64,000 nucleotides of DNA, taken from the NCBI RefSeq assembly GCF_040807025.1, contig NC_090942.1:204246640-204310639 (forward strand), given 5' to 3'. This document shows positions 12,834 through 25,623 of the stretch, piece by piece (positions within the stretch are counted from its first letter, which is position 1; each line of letters begins with the position of its first letter). Both the position numbers and the translations under genes were made by a program. The notes beneath the pieces were generated by a model that saw only the letters and a list, made by a program, of their open reading frames with translations, made no database searches and was not told where the DNA came from. Source of the DNA: Struthio camelus (Eukaryota).

Positions 12834-12983
12834 CGGGCTGCCAAAGCCGTAACTTTCGGAAAACAAGAAGCCAGATTCTGTTGATTTTTCCTCCCAATCC
12901 ATGTAAGGTAAAAAATCTACATCTTCCTGAGCTATAATTTCCAGGACGTTTGGAACATCAGCAGAACAAATTTCATTAGCATC
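12834..12983 (-). CDS. PARP4: PARP4 coding exon (phase 0/0): DANEICSADVPNVLEIIAQEDVDFLPYMDWEEKSTESGFLFSESYGFGSP.
   Basis: Acceptor ttaatttag|gat and donor ccg|gtaact. There is a strong match to human …DENESPFPDIPKVSELIAKEDVDFLPYMSWQGEPQ. Confidence 0.8.
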
Positions 12984-15074
12984 CTAAATTAAAACAGATA
13001 AAAGTTACTAACTAGAAAACTCTCTTCAGTTTTTAATTCTTAGATGTGATAGCTGTTATGCCAGAAATTTCCCTCCTGAGATGGTGTATTTTTTCCTTTG
13101 TAAGTTGGAAATAGGTTGAAAACAAGGAATAGACAGCTGAAGCAGTACACTAAAAATACTCTGTGTATGCAAATATACAGTACATGTAACTTTATACTCT
13201 TGACTATATTCAGGGACAACATATTCTTGATAAATAGATTCACATAAAATATGAAGGTGGACCTTAATGTCAAGGGTACATACTCGTACATACAAATTGT
13301 TCAAATCCAGGTTGGTAATACTCAAAATCTAAATCTTACACAGTACTTTTTGTCAGTATCCTGTAAGTGCACTTTAAAAGAAAGTAAATGTAAGCATTAT
13401 TATAGTTGCTCTTAAAATATGTTGCATTCTGTAAAATCACATAAAACAACACATTACACAGCATAATACAGTACCATGCTGAACGGGCCAGTTTAGATAT
13501 TTCTCTGTGTTATGCATAGAGGCTTCTGCCCTAAAAGGTTTGCAATGGTTTCTCACATTGGATCAAAAAGGTCATCCTAGATTAGCGATGAGATTACAGC
13601 TATTATATTTCCAGACATAATTCAAATATAGAACATTTGTAGAAGTCTATTCTCTGAGAAACATCATATATGTAAGGGGAAACTCAATTTTCTAAATAAT
13701 TTATAAAAAAAAAAAATCTAAAAATCAGAAGGACAAATAATCATCTGTTGACACTGGTAAACAACTGCTTTACGAAATCACACAAATATTCTCTTCATAA
13801 TCTGCAAGATTTTTTTACCTCTTAATATTCCTTGTGGTACACTACAGGCTAGGATATTTAAATTGACTCAGCTGGGTTCCCTTCTTCTCACTACTGTGAA
13901 GGCTCTGAAAGCGTCACTGAAATTCACCATTACTAAGCAGACGTCACGCACGTCAACTTTGTCAAAATCGGCAGGTAACGACAGCAGTGATCTTTGCTTG
14001 CTTTATCCCAGTTTTCTATTATAGCACTCTAAATATAACATTCAGATACTGTGATTTAAATTTTTCTTGAAAAGCGATATTATTCATCAGTCTGCGAGAG
14101 GTCATATAGCTAATGGTATCTGCAATAGTGACTATGGATCCCCCTACGGTCAGTGGTGAGAAAAAGATCTGAGGATCTCTGAGCATCTGTTAGATATCTA
14201 ACTTCAGGACGAGATGAATCAAGCTCTTGAAACATGTATTTATTTCCACTATGAAAGAAAGACAAACATGAATGATTTACTGCTAAATGTATACACACAC
14301 ATTTGTGAGATCAATTCCCATTCTCTGGGCCACATCTTATGCTTACTCTTACTGACCATCTAACTTATTATGATATTGCTTTCCATTTGAAAACTCTTTA
14401 TGCAACCTCTGGAATTTCAAGATTACTATTACACGTATTTCTTTCCTTTTGCCGAAAAGCTTATGTTTTTCCTACCACTGTTCTAATGATGAAAACAATA
14501 CAAAGAGTTCCGTAGGTTATCGTAGCATTAGAAGATACATTTTTCAAGGTCTTAATTTCCTTGTGACTTCCACCCTGACACAGGCTCCCTCGGAATGACT
14601 TTTGCCAATACAAAATCCATTTCTTCAGCAATCCACAGCCAGAGCGGCTACCTTGCTATATTTTGACATCTTTACTTTTTTTTAAATGAGGAAGGGTTGT
14701 TCTGTGGCTCACACACCAAGGAGGATCAAAGACTCTCAGCCTTGCCCTTGACCTGTCTGCAGCGCTGTAACGAAATACAGCCTCCTGTGGCAAATCACAA
14801 CTGGAACACATAGATTGGCAAGGCTTGACTGTAACATGAGAACAAGCAAGATAAGAGATGGAAAAGATATTTCAAAAGGAAAATAACTTGCTGTGCTGCA
14901 AAAGAAACCAAAACCATTGCAAAAAAAAAAAAAATCATAGTTTCAGCTCTACTGTAAAAAGTGAACATTGTTCAGCAAAAGGAAAGACTCTTTTTGATGT
15001 CTATAAGGGTACAGAATTTAGAATCTTGTGAAAGAGAATCCAGTGGGAACAAGATATTTTAAAACAACACATAC

Positions 15075-15170
15075 CCTTTTCTCAACTGCAACAAAACTTG
15101 TAAACTGGGTTATAATTGAGTTCTCCAAGCTGAGATGAATAATCATGTTTTTCAAGATTTGTTTCTTCAT
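15075..15170 (-). CDS. PARP4: PARP4 coding exon (phase 0/0): MKKQILKNMIIHLSLENSIITQFTSFVAVEKR.
   Basis: Acceptor ttaatctag|atg and donor agg|gtatgt. It matches human EMKKQTLKSLIIKLSKENSLITQFTSFVAVEKR. Confidence 0.75.
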
Positions 15171-16294
15171 CTAGATTAAATATTAAATGAAAAAAAAGAT
15201 ACGATCAGCTAAAAGAAATACTGATGTCAAAACTGAACACGTACCTATAAACACACTTACACACTTTAAACAGGGAGATGTAAAAGGAAGAACTTGTATG
15301 AATATACTAGCCTGCCTAACATTCTACTCCCTCTAACTTTCCCTACTCCCTCACTCAGCTTTGGGCAGGAACATGCATTTTCTCCAATTATAGACTTCTT
15401 TTGGTTCTATGCTTCTCATAGTGGAACAGGAAGCTGTATCAACAATTCTTATAAGAAGCACTGGTCTGAAGTCTCAAATAAACTAAGATGGCGACAAAAT
15501 TAATTTTGTAAATTTTCAGCCAGCTAAAAGCCAATTTTTAAGAGATCATCAAATCCTTAAGGCTATCTGTAAAACAGAGGTCATTATCTTCCATCTTACA
15601 TAAAAACTAAGAGCTCTCGTTGGACTAAAACATTTCAGTCTTCAAGAAACTAAAGCATTACCATGTCACAGGGAAAGAAGAGCCAACAAAAGCCTGCAAT
15701 GACAGAGCGCAGATTAGGAAAAGTATGCGCATGTTATCCCAATAGAGGATGTTCTTACAATGGGGAGGAAGACAGACTGGCCCAAAATTCTTCCAAATCA
15801 TACTTGGGAGGGAAAAATATATTACTATATGGTGATTTTAACCTTAAAATGGTATTGCAACTTTCTAGTTATGTTTAGCAAAGCAAAAAACCAAAAAAAC
15901 CTCAACCAAACAAAAAAACCCACACCTTCTCTATTCCACTGAATCATTTGCTACCTCACATTTTAAATGTATACTTTTTCTTTCAGATCAAACCTCATGT
16001 TCTGTTTCATTTTCATGAAGAATCCCATCTTCATAGTCCCTAATGAAAGCTCTTGCTGTGAGTTTGTGCAGCACCTAGAAAAGGAACAAAGGTGATGTTG
16101 AAAGAGTAGCAATTGTTTTTTTTTAAACTCTTCCTTTTATTTACGAGGTCCAGCTTCATGCAGTTAGCTTCTATATTTACCCAGCATCCCATTTTCTAAG
16201 TGACAAGCTACATTTTCCATTTAAAAAACAATCACAACCTGCACCTAAGGTCGTTTTAATTTACTTAACTTTAGCTAAACTAAAAGATACTCAC

Positions 16295-16337
16295 ATCTTC
16301 ACTATCACTTAGATAGCTGAGGACAGGTAAATGAATC
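16295..16337 (-). CDS. PARP4: PARP4 small coding exon (43 nt, phase 2 in, phase 0 out): (x)IHLPVLSYLSDSED.
   Basis: Acceptor ttctgtgtttttatgggcag|g and perfect donor gat|gtgagt. It aligns with human …ALIRDYEDGILHENETSHE, and the phase links the flanking exons exactly. Confidence 0.55.
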
Positions 16338-17516
16338 CTGCCCATAAAAACACAGAATTTGGAGGGAGGGGGAAAATGAAGTGAGCCCAGAACGCTTAAC
16401 TCAAAGTCTACCACAATCAAATCATTTTTGACCTGAGGGGTGGTATGAACAAAGAGGAAATACTGAATTGTATTAACTAACAACTACTTTTTGATACTGA
16501 ACCTGTCTTTCATATAAAAGGAAAACAATTTCAGTCTCTGTAGTACGTTAAAGCTAACAGAGAACGTGCACTGTGGAGGTAACATGATATAGTCCAGCTA
16601 TACTCCAATACCAATCGCCTGGACATTTCTACGGGCTCTTTTTTGGAAGAACATGACAGATGCTGAAGAGAGCCACTTCTGAAGGAAACCCCATATGCAG
16701 TAGTTTCTTTTGCCAATTCATCTCAAAAAGTAACGGGTAGGAATTCTCAGAGTCCACCAAAAGCATAAAGGATTAACAATGTCTTTCTGGGTCTAATTTT
16801 TATTTTTGCCTGTTCAAATAACAGCTTTCAAAAAATTTTATTTTTTTTTTAATTTTTTAAATTGCACCTGGAATTTACAGAAAACTCAAAGAAGAAAACA
16901 CAATTCTGGGGACACAAGGTACCCTGGAGAAAGGGAGTCTGACCTGTATCTGAAGGTACAATACATGAATTAAGAGGAAAAGAAAAAAGAAAAAATTGTT
17001 ATGGAGTTTTGAAACATACAAATACATTGCCTCTGCCTGCTGGTTTCACTTGTCCGTACAAGGGCTCGTCCATGGAAACCACCACAGCAGCTTCCAAAGT
17101 GGATTACATTAAGTAAGGAACAATGTCATTTCTATTTCAAAACAAATCCGCTTTCCTGAGTGGGCACAGGGTGAGAGTCATACCAAAATTATTACCAAAG
17201 GACATCTGTTAGAATAAAGAAGTGGTTCTTTCAAACTGTACCTTTTCAAGATGGGTGCTGTACTTTCCTATGTACAAAGATTCTGAAGTTACTTCACTGT
17301 TACCGAAGCAGCAGAAAGGCTAGTAACACTTTTAAGTCCCTTTTCCCCTACATTTCTAGGGATAGCAGACTGGGGACAAGATGTTCCATATAACAACAAT
17401 TTAAGACTGGAAAGGGAATGCTACAGCTGCTTCTTCACAGAGGTCACCTAAAGAACAACAGTCAACCCAAGGGTAAAGCTGGAGCCCAAACGACTTGCCA
17501 GAATAAGAAGAAGCAC

Positions 17517-17659
17517 ATTCCTATTCTCATGCTGAGAAGCATGAGTTTTTGATTAGAAAGCGCAGAGAAAGGTGAGACTTCTCCTATGTAAAAAGGTTTC
17601 CTTTTGCAAGTCTGAAGGCTGAAGGACTGTTCATCAGAAGCAAAAAAGTTCAAGAGCTG
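17517..17659 (-). CDS. PARP4: PARP4 coding exon (phase 0 in, phase 2 out): QLLNFFASDEQSFSLQTCKRKPFYIGEVSPFSALSNQKLMLLSMRIG(M). The donor is uncertain: weak gga at|gtgctt at 17517, or the GC-type ctg|gcaagt at 17499.
   Basis: The acceptor ccctgtcttcag|cag follows the CTQ exon in phase. There is weak similarity to human ATLCALIQEKEFCTMV…HKLAARALIRD. The length equals the human segment only with the weak GT donor. Confidence 0.45.
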
Positions 17660-18267
17660 CTGAAGACAGGGGTATTCAATCCTTTCAGAAGGGCACAAAA
17701 GTATGCAGTAGTTTAAAGCAGCTTGTCTCAGTATGGCATGTACAAATAATGTTGGCCAAACTCACTGTTCCCGTTGTCTTCTGTAGTTCAGTAGTTGATA
17801 CCATTGTTTGTAGCTCTTCATCCTTTATTACTGTGCTTAAAGTGGCCTAAAAGGAAAAAAAAAAAAAACAAAAAAAACCCAAACTGTTTCCTTCTCTCTC
17901 TCTCTCTTATTTTGTATTATTTGCACATATGCATGTTATTCTGCTTCCAGAAGTGTGACTATAACTCAAATCTGTGAGTCTCTGGATGTCTAGGTTTAAA
18001 AACATTTCTCCCTTACAGCAAGGGGATAGTCACAAATAAAGAAATCCTGTCTGATATGCCGGTAACGATCACATATTGAAGATACTCCTCCTCTAGTGAG
18101 GACTAATAACGGTATTTAAGCAGTTACTTAATTAGATTTAGCAGTGAAAATAAGGAAGGTAAGTGCATTTCACATAAAGGGTACCTAATACAATATAACA
18201 AGATTGCAAAAGACCCCTTATATGTGAATTTCTATCCAGTAAAGAGAATGTGTATCCCAGTCTTTAC

Positions 18268-18430
18268 CTGAGTACAGTGAGGGACGAATCCATAGACAAG
18301 AAGCCTCTCATTGTTAAATAAAGACTGTATTTGAGCAGGAGCTTGCATTGGCTCTGGTGCATTTGTATCAAACTGTTGCCATTTAATAGAAACAGAACTG
18401 CATCCTGGAGAAAATATTCTAGATACCTGG
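18268..18430 (-). CDS. PARP4: PARP4 coding exon (phase 2 in, phase 0 out): (S)QVSRIFSPGCSSVSIKWQQFDTNAPEPMQAPAQIQSLFNNERLLVYGFVPHCTQ, the region C-terminal to the vWA domain.
   Basis: It matches human …SPSCHSVSVKWQQLNPDAPEALQAPAQVPSLFRNDRLLVYGFIPHCTQ. The donor is cag|gtaaag. The acceptor cacagatacagag|cc was chosen by phase, with an alternative at tctag|a (18421). Confidence 0.75.
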
Positions 18431-18792
18431 CTCTGTATCTGTGTAAAGACACAAAACAAATTAACTCAGCTTTCAAAATAAAATAATCTTTCAGTACAAA
18501 AATAATGCATTTTCCCATGTGAATGGAACTATTTTTTTCCTCTCTTTTTCCTTGCAAGTAAAACAAACCAGACACTACTGGTGAAAATGAACCTAACATT
18601 TGGAGGTAATAAGGATGCTTACTCAGCCATTATTGCACTGGCTTCTGGAATAACAAGATTCCTTTTAAGTGAAAACTGAAACGTGAAATACAAGGTATTC
18701 ATCAAGGTTGCCAAGAAGGCTAGGGAATATGGCATACAATATAACACCATCTCCTAAGTGTCAGCTCAGATATATGAGCAGTACTGTACATC

Positions 18793-21480
18793 TCACAGAA
18801 TCACAGAATGGCCATGGTTGGAAGGGACCTGTGGAGATCATCTAGTCCAACCCCCCTGCTCAAGCAGGGTCCTCTAGAGCACATTGCCCAGGATCGCGTC
18901 CAGGCAGGTTTTGAATATCTCCAGCGAAGGAGACTCCACTAGCTCTCTGGGCAGCCTGGGCCAGTGCTCGGTCACCCTCACAGCACAGAAGGTTTTTCCT
19001 CATGTTCAGACGGAACTTCCTGTGTTGCCGTTTGTGTCCGTTGCCTCTTGTCCTGTCACTGGGCACCACGGAGAAGAGTCTGGCCCCATCCTCTCGACAC
19101 CCTCCCTTCAGATACTCGTACACATTGATGAGATTCCCCCCCCACCTCAGTCTTCTCTTCTCCAGGCTAAACAGGCCCAGCTCCCTCAGCCTTTCCTCAT
19201 AAGAGAGGTGCTCCAGTCCCCTAATCATCTTCGTAGCCCTCCACTGGACTTTCTCCAGGAGTGCCATGTCTGTCTTGTCCTGGGGAGCCCAGAATTGGAC
19301 ACAGTACTCCAGGTGAGGCCTCCCCAGGGCTGAGGAGAGGGGCAGGATCACCTCCCTCCACCTGCTGGCAACACTCTGCCTAATGCACCCCAGGAGACCA
19401 TTGGCCCTACCAGCGCATTGCTGGCTCATGGTCAACTTGTTGTCCACCAGCACTCCCAGCTCCTTCTCTGCAGAGCTACTTTCCAACAGGTCAGGCCCCA
19501 GCCTGTACTGGTGCATGGGGTTATTCCTCCCGAGGTGCAGGACCCTGCACTTGCCTTTGTTGAACTTCAGGAGGTTCCTCTGCACCCACCTCTCCAGCCT
19601 CTCCAGCTCCCTCTGAATGGCAGCACAGTCTTCTGCTGTGTCAGTAACTCTCCCCTCCCCCCCCCCCCCCCCCGGTTTAGTATCATCAGCCAACTTGCTG
19701 AGGGTGCACGCTGTCCCTTCATCCAGGTCATCGATGAATACATTGAACAGGACTCTGGACCCAGGACTGACCCCTGGGGGACACCGCTAGCTCCAGGCCT
19801 CCAGCTAGACTCTGTGCCACTGAACACAACCCTCAGAGCTCAGCCATCCAGCCAGTTCTCAATTCACCTCACTGTCCACTCATCCAACCCACACTTCCTG
19901 AGCTTACCTAGGAGGATGTGATGGGAGACAGTGTCCAAAGCCTTGCTGAAGTCCAGGGAGACAACATCCACTGCTCTGCCCTCATCTACCCAGCCACTCA
20001 TTCCATCAGAGAGGCTATCACATTGGTCAAGCAGGATTTCCCTTTGGTGAATCCGTGCTGACTACTCCGGATCACCTTCTTGTCCTCCATGTGCTTAGTG
20101 ACAACCTCCAGGATGAGCTCTTCCATCACTTTTTTCCAGGGATGGAGGTGAGGCTGACAGGCCGGTAGTTTCCTGGCTCCTCCTTCTTGCCCTTCTGGAA
20201 GACTGGGGTGACAATGGCTTTCTTCCAGTCCTCAGGCACCTCTCCTGTTCTCCAGGACCTTTCCAAGATGATGGAGAGTGGCCTAGCAATGATGTCCACC
20301 AGCTCCCTCAGCACTCGTGGGTGCATCCCATCAGGGCCCATGAACTTGTGGATGTCAAGTTTGCTTAAGTGATTCCCACCCCCACACCCCACAGGAAAGT
20401 CTTTCTCCAGACCGTCTCCTAGTCTTCCTTTTGTTACTACTGTATTTAAAGAAAACTTTTGATACAGCCTTAATACATGACTTGCGTCTTAGGCAAATCC
20501 TGTGCCTTAGTTGTTGTTCGTTGGCACCCGATAGTCATTTATAACAGATGGTTCAGACCTGAACATTGTTATTCACAAGGATGTTGGCTTTCTTCCTGTC
20601 CTCAGGCACCTCTCCTGATCTCCAGGACCTTTCCAAGATGATGGAGAGTGGCCTAGCAATGATGTCCACCAGCTCCCTCAGCACTCATAGGTGCATCCCG
20701 TCGGGGCCCATGGATTTATAGATGTCAGGTTTGGACAAATGATCTCTAACCTGATCCTCCTCCACCAAGGGAGAGTCTTCCTTTCTCCAGACTTTGTCTT
20801 GTCCCCAGGGTCTGGAATTCCCGAGGACTGGCCTTAGCAGTACAGACTGAAGCAAAGAGGCATTCAGGAACTCTGCCTTCTCTGTATCCTTCGTCACCAG
20901 GGCACCCGCCCCATTCAGCAGCGGGCCCACGTTTTCCCTAGTCTTCCTTGGGGATGTACTGATGTATTTGAAGAAGCCCTTCAAAAGTGTCCTTGACATC
21001 CCTTGCCAGATTTAATTCCAACTGGGCCTTAGCCTTCCTTGTCGCATCCCTGCACGCTCTGACAACGTCCCTGTATTCCTCCCAAGTGGCCTGTCCCCTT
21101 TTCCACATTCTGTGTACTTCCTTCTTCTGAGTTTTGCCAGGAGTTCCTTGCTCATCCATGCAGGTCTCCTGCCCGCTTTGCTGGACTTCTTACTCAGAAG
21201 GATGCACCAATCTTGAGCCTGGAGGGAGTGATGCTTGAATATTAAGCAGCTCTCTTGGACCCCCCTTCCATGAGATTCCTCCAAGTAGGTTCCTGAAGAG
21301 GCCAAAGTTAGCTCTCCTGAAGTCCAGGGTGGCGATCCTGCTTACTGCCCTGCTCCCTCCTCGTAGGATCCTGAACTCCACCATCTCATGGTCACTGCAG
21401 CCAAGGCTGCCCCCAACCTTCATATCTCCAACCAGACCTTCTTTGTTTGTTAGTACCACTGCCTGCTCTGGATAGTTCTG
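18793..21480 (-). mobile_element. Compound CR1 LINE insertion, antisense to the + strand and lying in a PARP4 intron. It is at least two CR1 copies (join near 20400-20580) with long intact RT-domain ORF pieces and a 3' end with (attctgtg)-type 8-mer repeats at 18793.
   Basis: The revcomp of 18793-19120 is the canonical CR1 3' UTR/ORF2 end (…ggggttggactagatgatctccacaggtcccttccaac…attctgtgattctgtga). The minus ORFs 18860..19693 (277 aa), 20126..20392, 20685..21483 encode CR1 ORF2 RT segments (…[23 protein letters not shown]…). The block 20215-20340 is repeated at 20581-20700, which indicates two copies. Confidence 0.85.
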
Positions 21481-22415
21481 CATATATCACTCAAATGACA
21501 GCCAGAATAGCAAGAGGGAAAATCTTATGGGCTGATCCTTCCCCGCTAGCCAAAAACTGAAGTACAGGCCAGATACCAGCCCCGCTGCTGCCCATTCTCT
21601 ACTAACATTGTCCTAGAAGTGGGCAGACTTGATGCATGAGGTAGAGCTGTAGAAATATAACTATACAGAGAGCCTGAAAAGCATTACACATGGGGTCCTG
21701 GATTATTTGAAAATTACAGACGCATCAAGAGTTAACCATCAGAAGTTACAGAACATGATTACTACAGTCTTCATCACTATAGCAAGGGCAATGTTGTAGG
21801 TAGACTGTGAGACACAACAGAAGTGAAGCACTGTTTTTCCATTCAGGTACAATTTATATATTATATATTTTGACAGTTCATAGTCTTTTTCCAAGTTGGT
21901 GTTACTGTGCTAATCAAAAACAGTACAGGAGATCTCTTATCAAGAACAGAAAAAAAATAGAATAAGTCATGGCTTCTTCCTTGCTTTCTTTAACACACTG
22001 AATGCCCATTCTGAATGAGAAGGTGGGTCAACTGCAGTGGCAAATTCCCTCCCCTATCACAGAACCTAGGGTGTTCTACAGCTCTCATCTGTCTTCCTAG
22101 CAACACGTGTTCCTGCTAAAAACAAGGAACAAACTTGAAACCTTAATAATACTCAGACTAAACACTTCCCTTTCTCACTTACTATGCACTTACATTTAAA
22201 ATAAAATAAAATTTAATAGACAAGCATCCTTCTTTCCACCTTCTATGAAATGCATCATCTTAAATTATGCTAATGTAATACTAAAGCCACATGAACCCAC
22301 GGAAAGTAGTAATTTTCATTTTGGGTTACTGAAGATATTCAGTATCAGATATTGATACAGCTGATATATTGATAATGATCACATAATGAAGATTTTCAGG
22401 ATTTAGAAAAGTACC

Positions 22416-22514
22416 TTTTTCTCCCAGTTATACTTCGATTTTGGGTCAAAGTACTCAAATGCTCCAGCACCATACCGGGACAAAGATCTCAGCATGTGAC
22501 GATTTGCTGTGGAA
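22416..22514 (-). CDS. PARP4: PARP4 coding exon (phase 2 in and out): (G)STANRHMLRSLSRYGAGAFEYFDPNRSITGRK, the end of the vWA domain.
   Basis: Acceptor ttattag|t and donor aag|gtactt. It matches human GSTANRHVLRILSQCGAGVFEYFNAKSKHSWRK. Confidence 0.75.
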
Positions 22515-23394
22515 CTAATAACATGAGAAGTTTTCTTCATGCAATTACTGAGTTAAATTTGTCATCTATTTCCAAATATTTTACTTGGATTAGTGCTGCA
22601 AGTTTTATGAACTTTCTAAATTCCATTCCCTTTTCAGGATACAGACCAACCAAAAGCAACTGGGCCAATGAACGGCCTGCTGTTGTCACCAATTTCCTAA
22701 CAACATTTGAGGGAATTACATGGCAGAGCAGCGTTGTGCAGGTAAATTAACTTAGGTTCAAACACCTATAAGGCTGCATCAAAATGATTCTAGTCTTAAA
22801 TTAATTAACCCTAATCTCAGCAGAACTATTTAGTGAGAACACAGGGAAGTCCAGTATCAACTTGGCAATGTTACTGTCTGGGCAACATGGATGTAACTGA
22901 TATGGTAACACTTATTAGCCTGATAGAATAGTAAGCTCTGCTCACTAACAGTCTGACCACTATCAAGCTACTTGGTGGGCATAAAGACAAATGAGAGTTT
23001 TATAGAGGATTTAAAGGAGAACAATTAAGTAGATGAGAATTCTTGTGGGTGAGAAACTGCTCAGTACACCTCAAATCTTTCTCAAACAGGTAAGAGATTC
23101 ACTCCTGGCCAGGGTCACACTACGGTCATCATGAAACCTTGGGAAATTCTCCCCACCAAAACCCCTCAAGGCAAAATAAATACAATGCAACTGTATTTAT
23201 TCTCAGAACACATACTATCTTGGGCTTAAAAAGGTTTACTGCCCTCCTAAAAAAAATCTTTTTCCAGATTTTGCTGCTTTGTACAACACTGTAAAGTGTA
23301 AGTCTTGCACTACTTAAAGATTTTTTTTTCGTTTACCCAAAAGAATTATTAGAGATAAAACTGAATTCCAGTGAGGTTTTACCTGCTCCTTTGA

Positions 23395-23480
23395 TCTCTG
23401 AGGAGGAGAACTCATTGTAACACAGATAACATCTTATACTCATATACCAGAGTTACCCCATATACCAGAGTTTATACCAG
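23395..23480. repeat. Short imperfect tandem repeat (catataccagagtt[a/t][c/t]ccca).
   Basis: ctcatataccagagttaccccatataccagagtttataccagatgttccc. Confidence 0.5.
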
Positions 23481-24366
23481 ATGTTCCCAAACTTCACTCC
23501 TCCTTATACTACCATCACTGTGAAAGAGCTAGGCTATACAACAGGGGTGGCAGCTGCTCCTGCTCCCCATCTCTGGGCAGGCAGTGCACGTGTAAAGCAG
23601 AAATCGTGCTTCCCTTCTGCTGTCTCCACTTGAGAGGAAGCGTGAAGTTGGCTGCTCAGGAAAGTGTTGACTGTACTGGAACAGTCATATCCTGTCTTGC
23701 CTGGTGAAAGGCAAAGACTATTTTTGGGTAGAAGAGGTTTATTTTCACATCATTTTGAAGTAGGCTGCATTCTAGTAGTGACACGTGTACCATAGGTTTG
23801 GGAGTCCCGACAGGTATCTAATGTTTACATTGGTAAGCTACTGTCATTTCTCTTTAAGTCATTACCTTACCAAACAAATGAAAAATTAAATCATAAAATT
23901 ATAAAACTTTATATTGTAGTACTATTATTTAAGCTATAATTCTGTTACAATAAATATCATAAAATTATATTATGCAACTATCTTAATGTTATACTGAAAT
24001 TGTACTATTAAAATAGACTATCCCAAAACATGAAATTCAGAGTTTTAAGATATTTACTCAGACACTCTCCAATTATATTCCTTAAAAAAATAAAGTTGTT
24101 ATCATAAAGAAAGCTAAGAATAGGTAAGACTACTTGCACATAAGATTAACTTTAATGTAGGCATCTTTCCTTTGAAAGACCTGATGTATTTTTCATTTCA
24201 GTTATAAAATGTACACAACAACTTCTGCATTTAATCTAAGTATACGTGTATATTTAATACAGTACACTCTGGCATCTGATAGTTCTCAACTCATTAACCT
24301 CTCACTTCAAATAAAGCATCGGTGATTTTTAAACACAATGCAACTGCTAGCTAACTTTTTACTTAC

Positions 24367-24554
24367 CCAACACCACATGTAAATAACCTGGTATGCTGGA
24401 CATTATCTTTCACAATCTGGAATGTCATACTCTCATTCTGAATGTGTCCATCAGATATAACAAGAATGTTACGCTGCCCTTGAGAAGGAAAAAGTAGACT
24501 AAAGTAACGTAAGGCCTTCCATAAATCAGTGTTTCCCAGTGTTGCAGTAGCAGA
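24367..24554 (-). CDS. PARP4: PARP4 coding exon (phase 0 in, phase 2 out), core of the vWA domain: SATATLGNTDLWKALRYFSLLFPSQGQRNILVISDGHIQNESMTFQIVKDNVQHTRLFTCGV(G).
   Basis: It is a strong match to human SATPTMGNTDFWKTLRYLSLLYPARGSRNILLVSDGHLQDESLTLQLVKRSRPHTRLFACGIG. Acceptor ttttcag|tct and donor gg|gtaagt. Confidence 0.85.
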
Positions 24555-25318
24555 CTGAAAAGTAAAGTAACACAATTTTAGCTTGAACTTCATTACCTTT
24601 TCTAAAAGAACAGATAATGCATAGTTTGATCTTTATTTCATTATACATGCCTTCTGGTTTCCAAATACAAATGATTAATTCTTACATTTTATTCTGTTCC
24701 TGCTCTTTTATAAATATTATTACTAGAGATAGAGCTTAAGGTCCCTCTAGTCCTGTACCTTCTCCGGCTTAGGCAAAAAGATGATTTAGTTGCAGATGAG
24801 GAGCCTGTATTTGGCAATGAGAAGACAGAGTACTAACCAAAAACTGCTGTCCTAAATAGTTCATATCTGATCTTTTGGAGTCAAAAGCATTTTTCTTTTC
24901 AGTAAGAGTGCTTCAGCCTAAGTGCCATCTTCGCTTACAAACTATGGATTTCCAGAAGGAAGTCTATCACTTCTTCTCTTCTGCTTTAAGCAGGCAATGG
25001 GGAGGCATGAAAGTTAAAAAGGTATATTTAAAGGGAAACACTGAAAAACGTCCTAACACTGATATCTACTAAGCTTCAAAATAACCACTTAATTAGTCAC
25101 TTAAAAAAAAAAAAAAATCAAACTGGAATTAATATTCAGATATGGCTGTTCTTGTTATTAGGGCAAACAGATTTCAAATAGACTAAAATATAGAAGAAAT
25201 TCAAGATGCTGGCCTAGAAAAAAACAGAAAGGAGGAAAATTTGCATAAGTGTTTCACAACGGTGAGTATTCCTTGCAGAGAATTGTTCATTAGAATACAG
25301 CCAAACTAATTTACTTAC

Positions 25319-25380
25319 TGTAATAAACGCCTTCAGTGATGCCAAATCATTCAAGATGTTCTTTGAAAATGAAGAAAATT
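25319..25380 (-). CDS. PARP4: PARP4 small coding exon (62 nt, phase 1 in, phase 0 out): (K)FSSFSKNILNDLASLKAFIT.
   Basis: Acceptor atttcacag|aa and donor aca|gtaagt. It aligns with human YKELFSYPKHITSNTMAAEFIMS and restores the phase between the flanking exons. Confidence 0.7.
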
Positions 25381-25623
25381 CTGTGAAATCTGTGAATAAT
25401 GATTGATATTAAAAGCATTAAAATATTAAGCATGTGGCAACATTATGGAAATAAAAGTTTAAGTTTTATAATTAGACTATCAGAGTAGAAGTGTTCCGTA
25501 TGACTAGGTGTTCCAGATTGCATTTCAGTGTACTATGTTGGTCTCATGATAACGATGAGCATAAAGTTAAATTAAGACACGAAAGTAAAAGGCGGTTCTC
25601 ATTCAAAAAGGAAACAAACTCAC

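Noticed and set aside
14110-14298. Minus-strand ORF (…VRYLTDAQRSSDLFLTTDRRGIHS…) considered as a PARP4 exon; likewise 16531..16716-.
   Set aside because: No convincing similarity to PARP4, and not needed: flanking exons 16295..16337 and 15075..15170 join in phase and are contiguous in the human alignment.
18860-21483. Long ORFs 18860..19693-, 19418..19921+, 20685..20999-, 21190..21483- etc. as candidate host genes.
   Set aside because: They translate to CR1 LINE ORF2 (reverse transcriptase) fragments, or lie antisense to them. They are retrotransposon remnants, not cellular genes.
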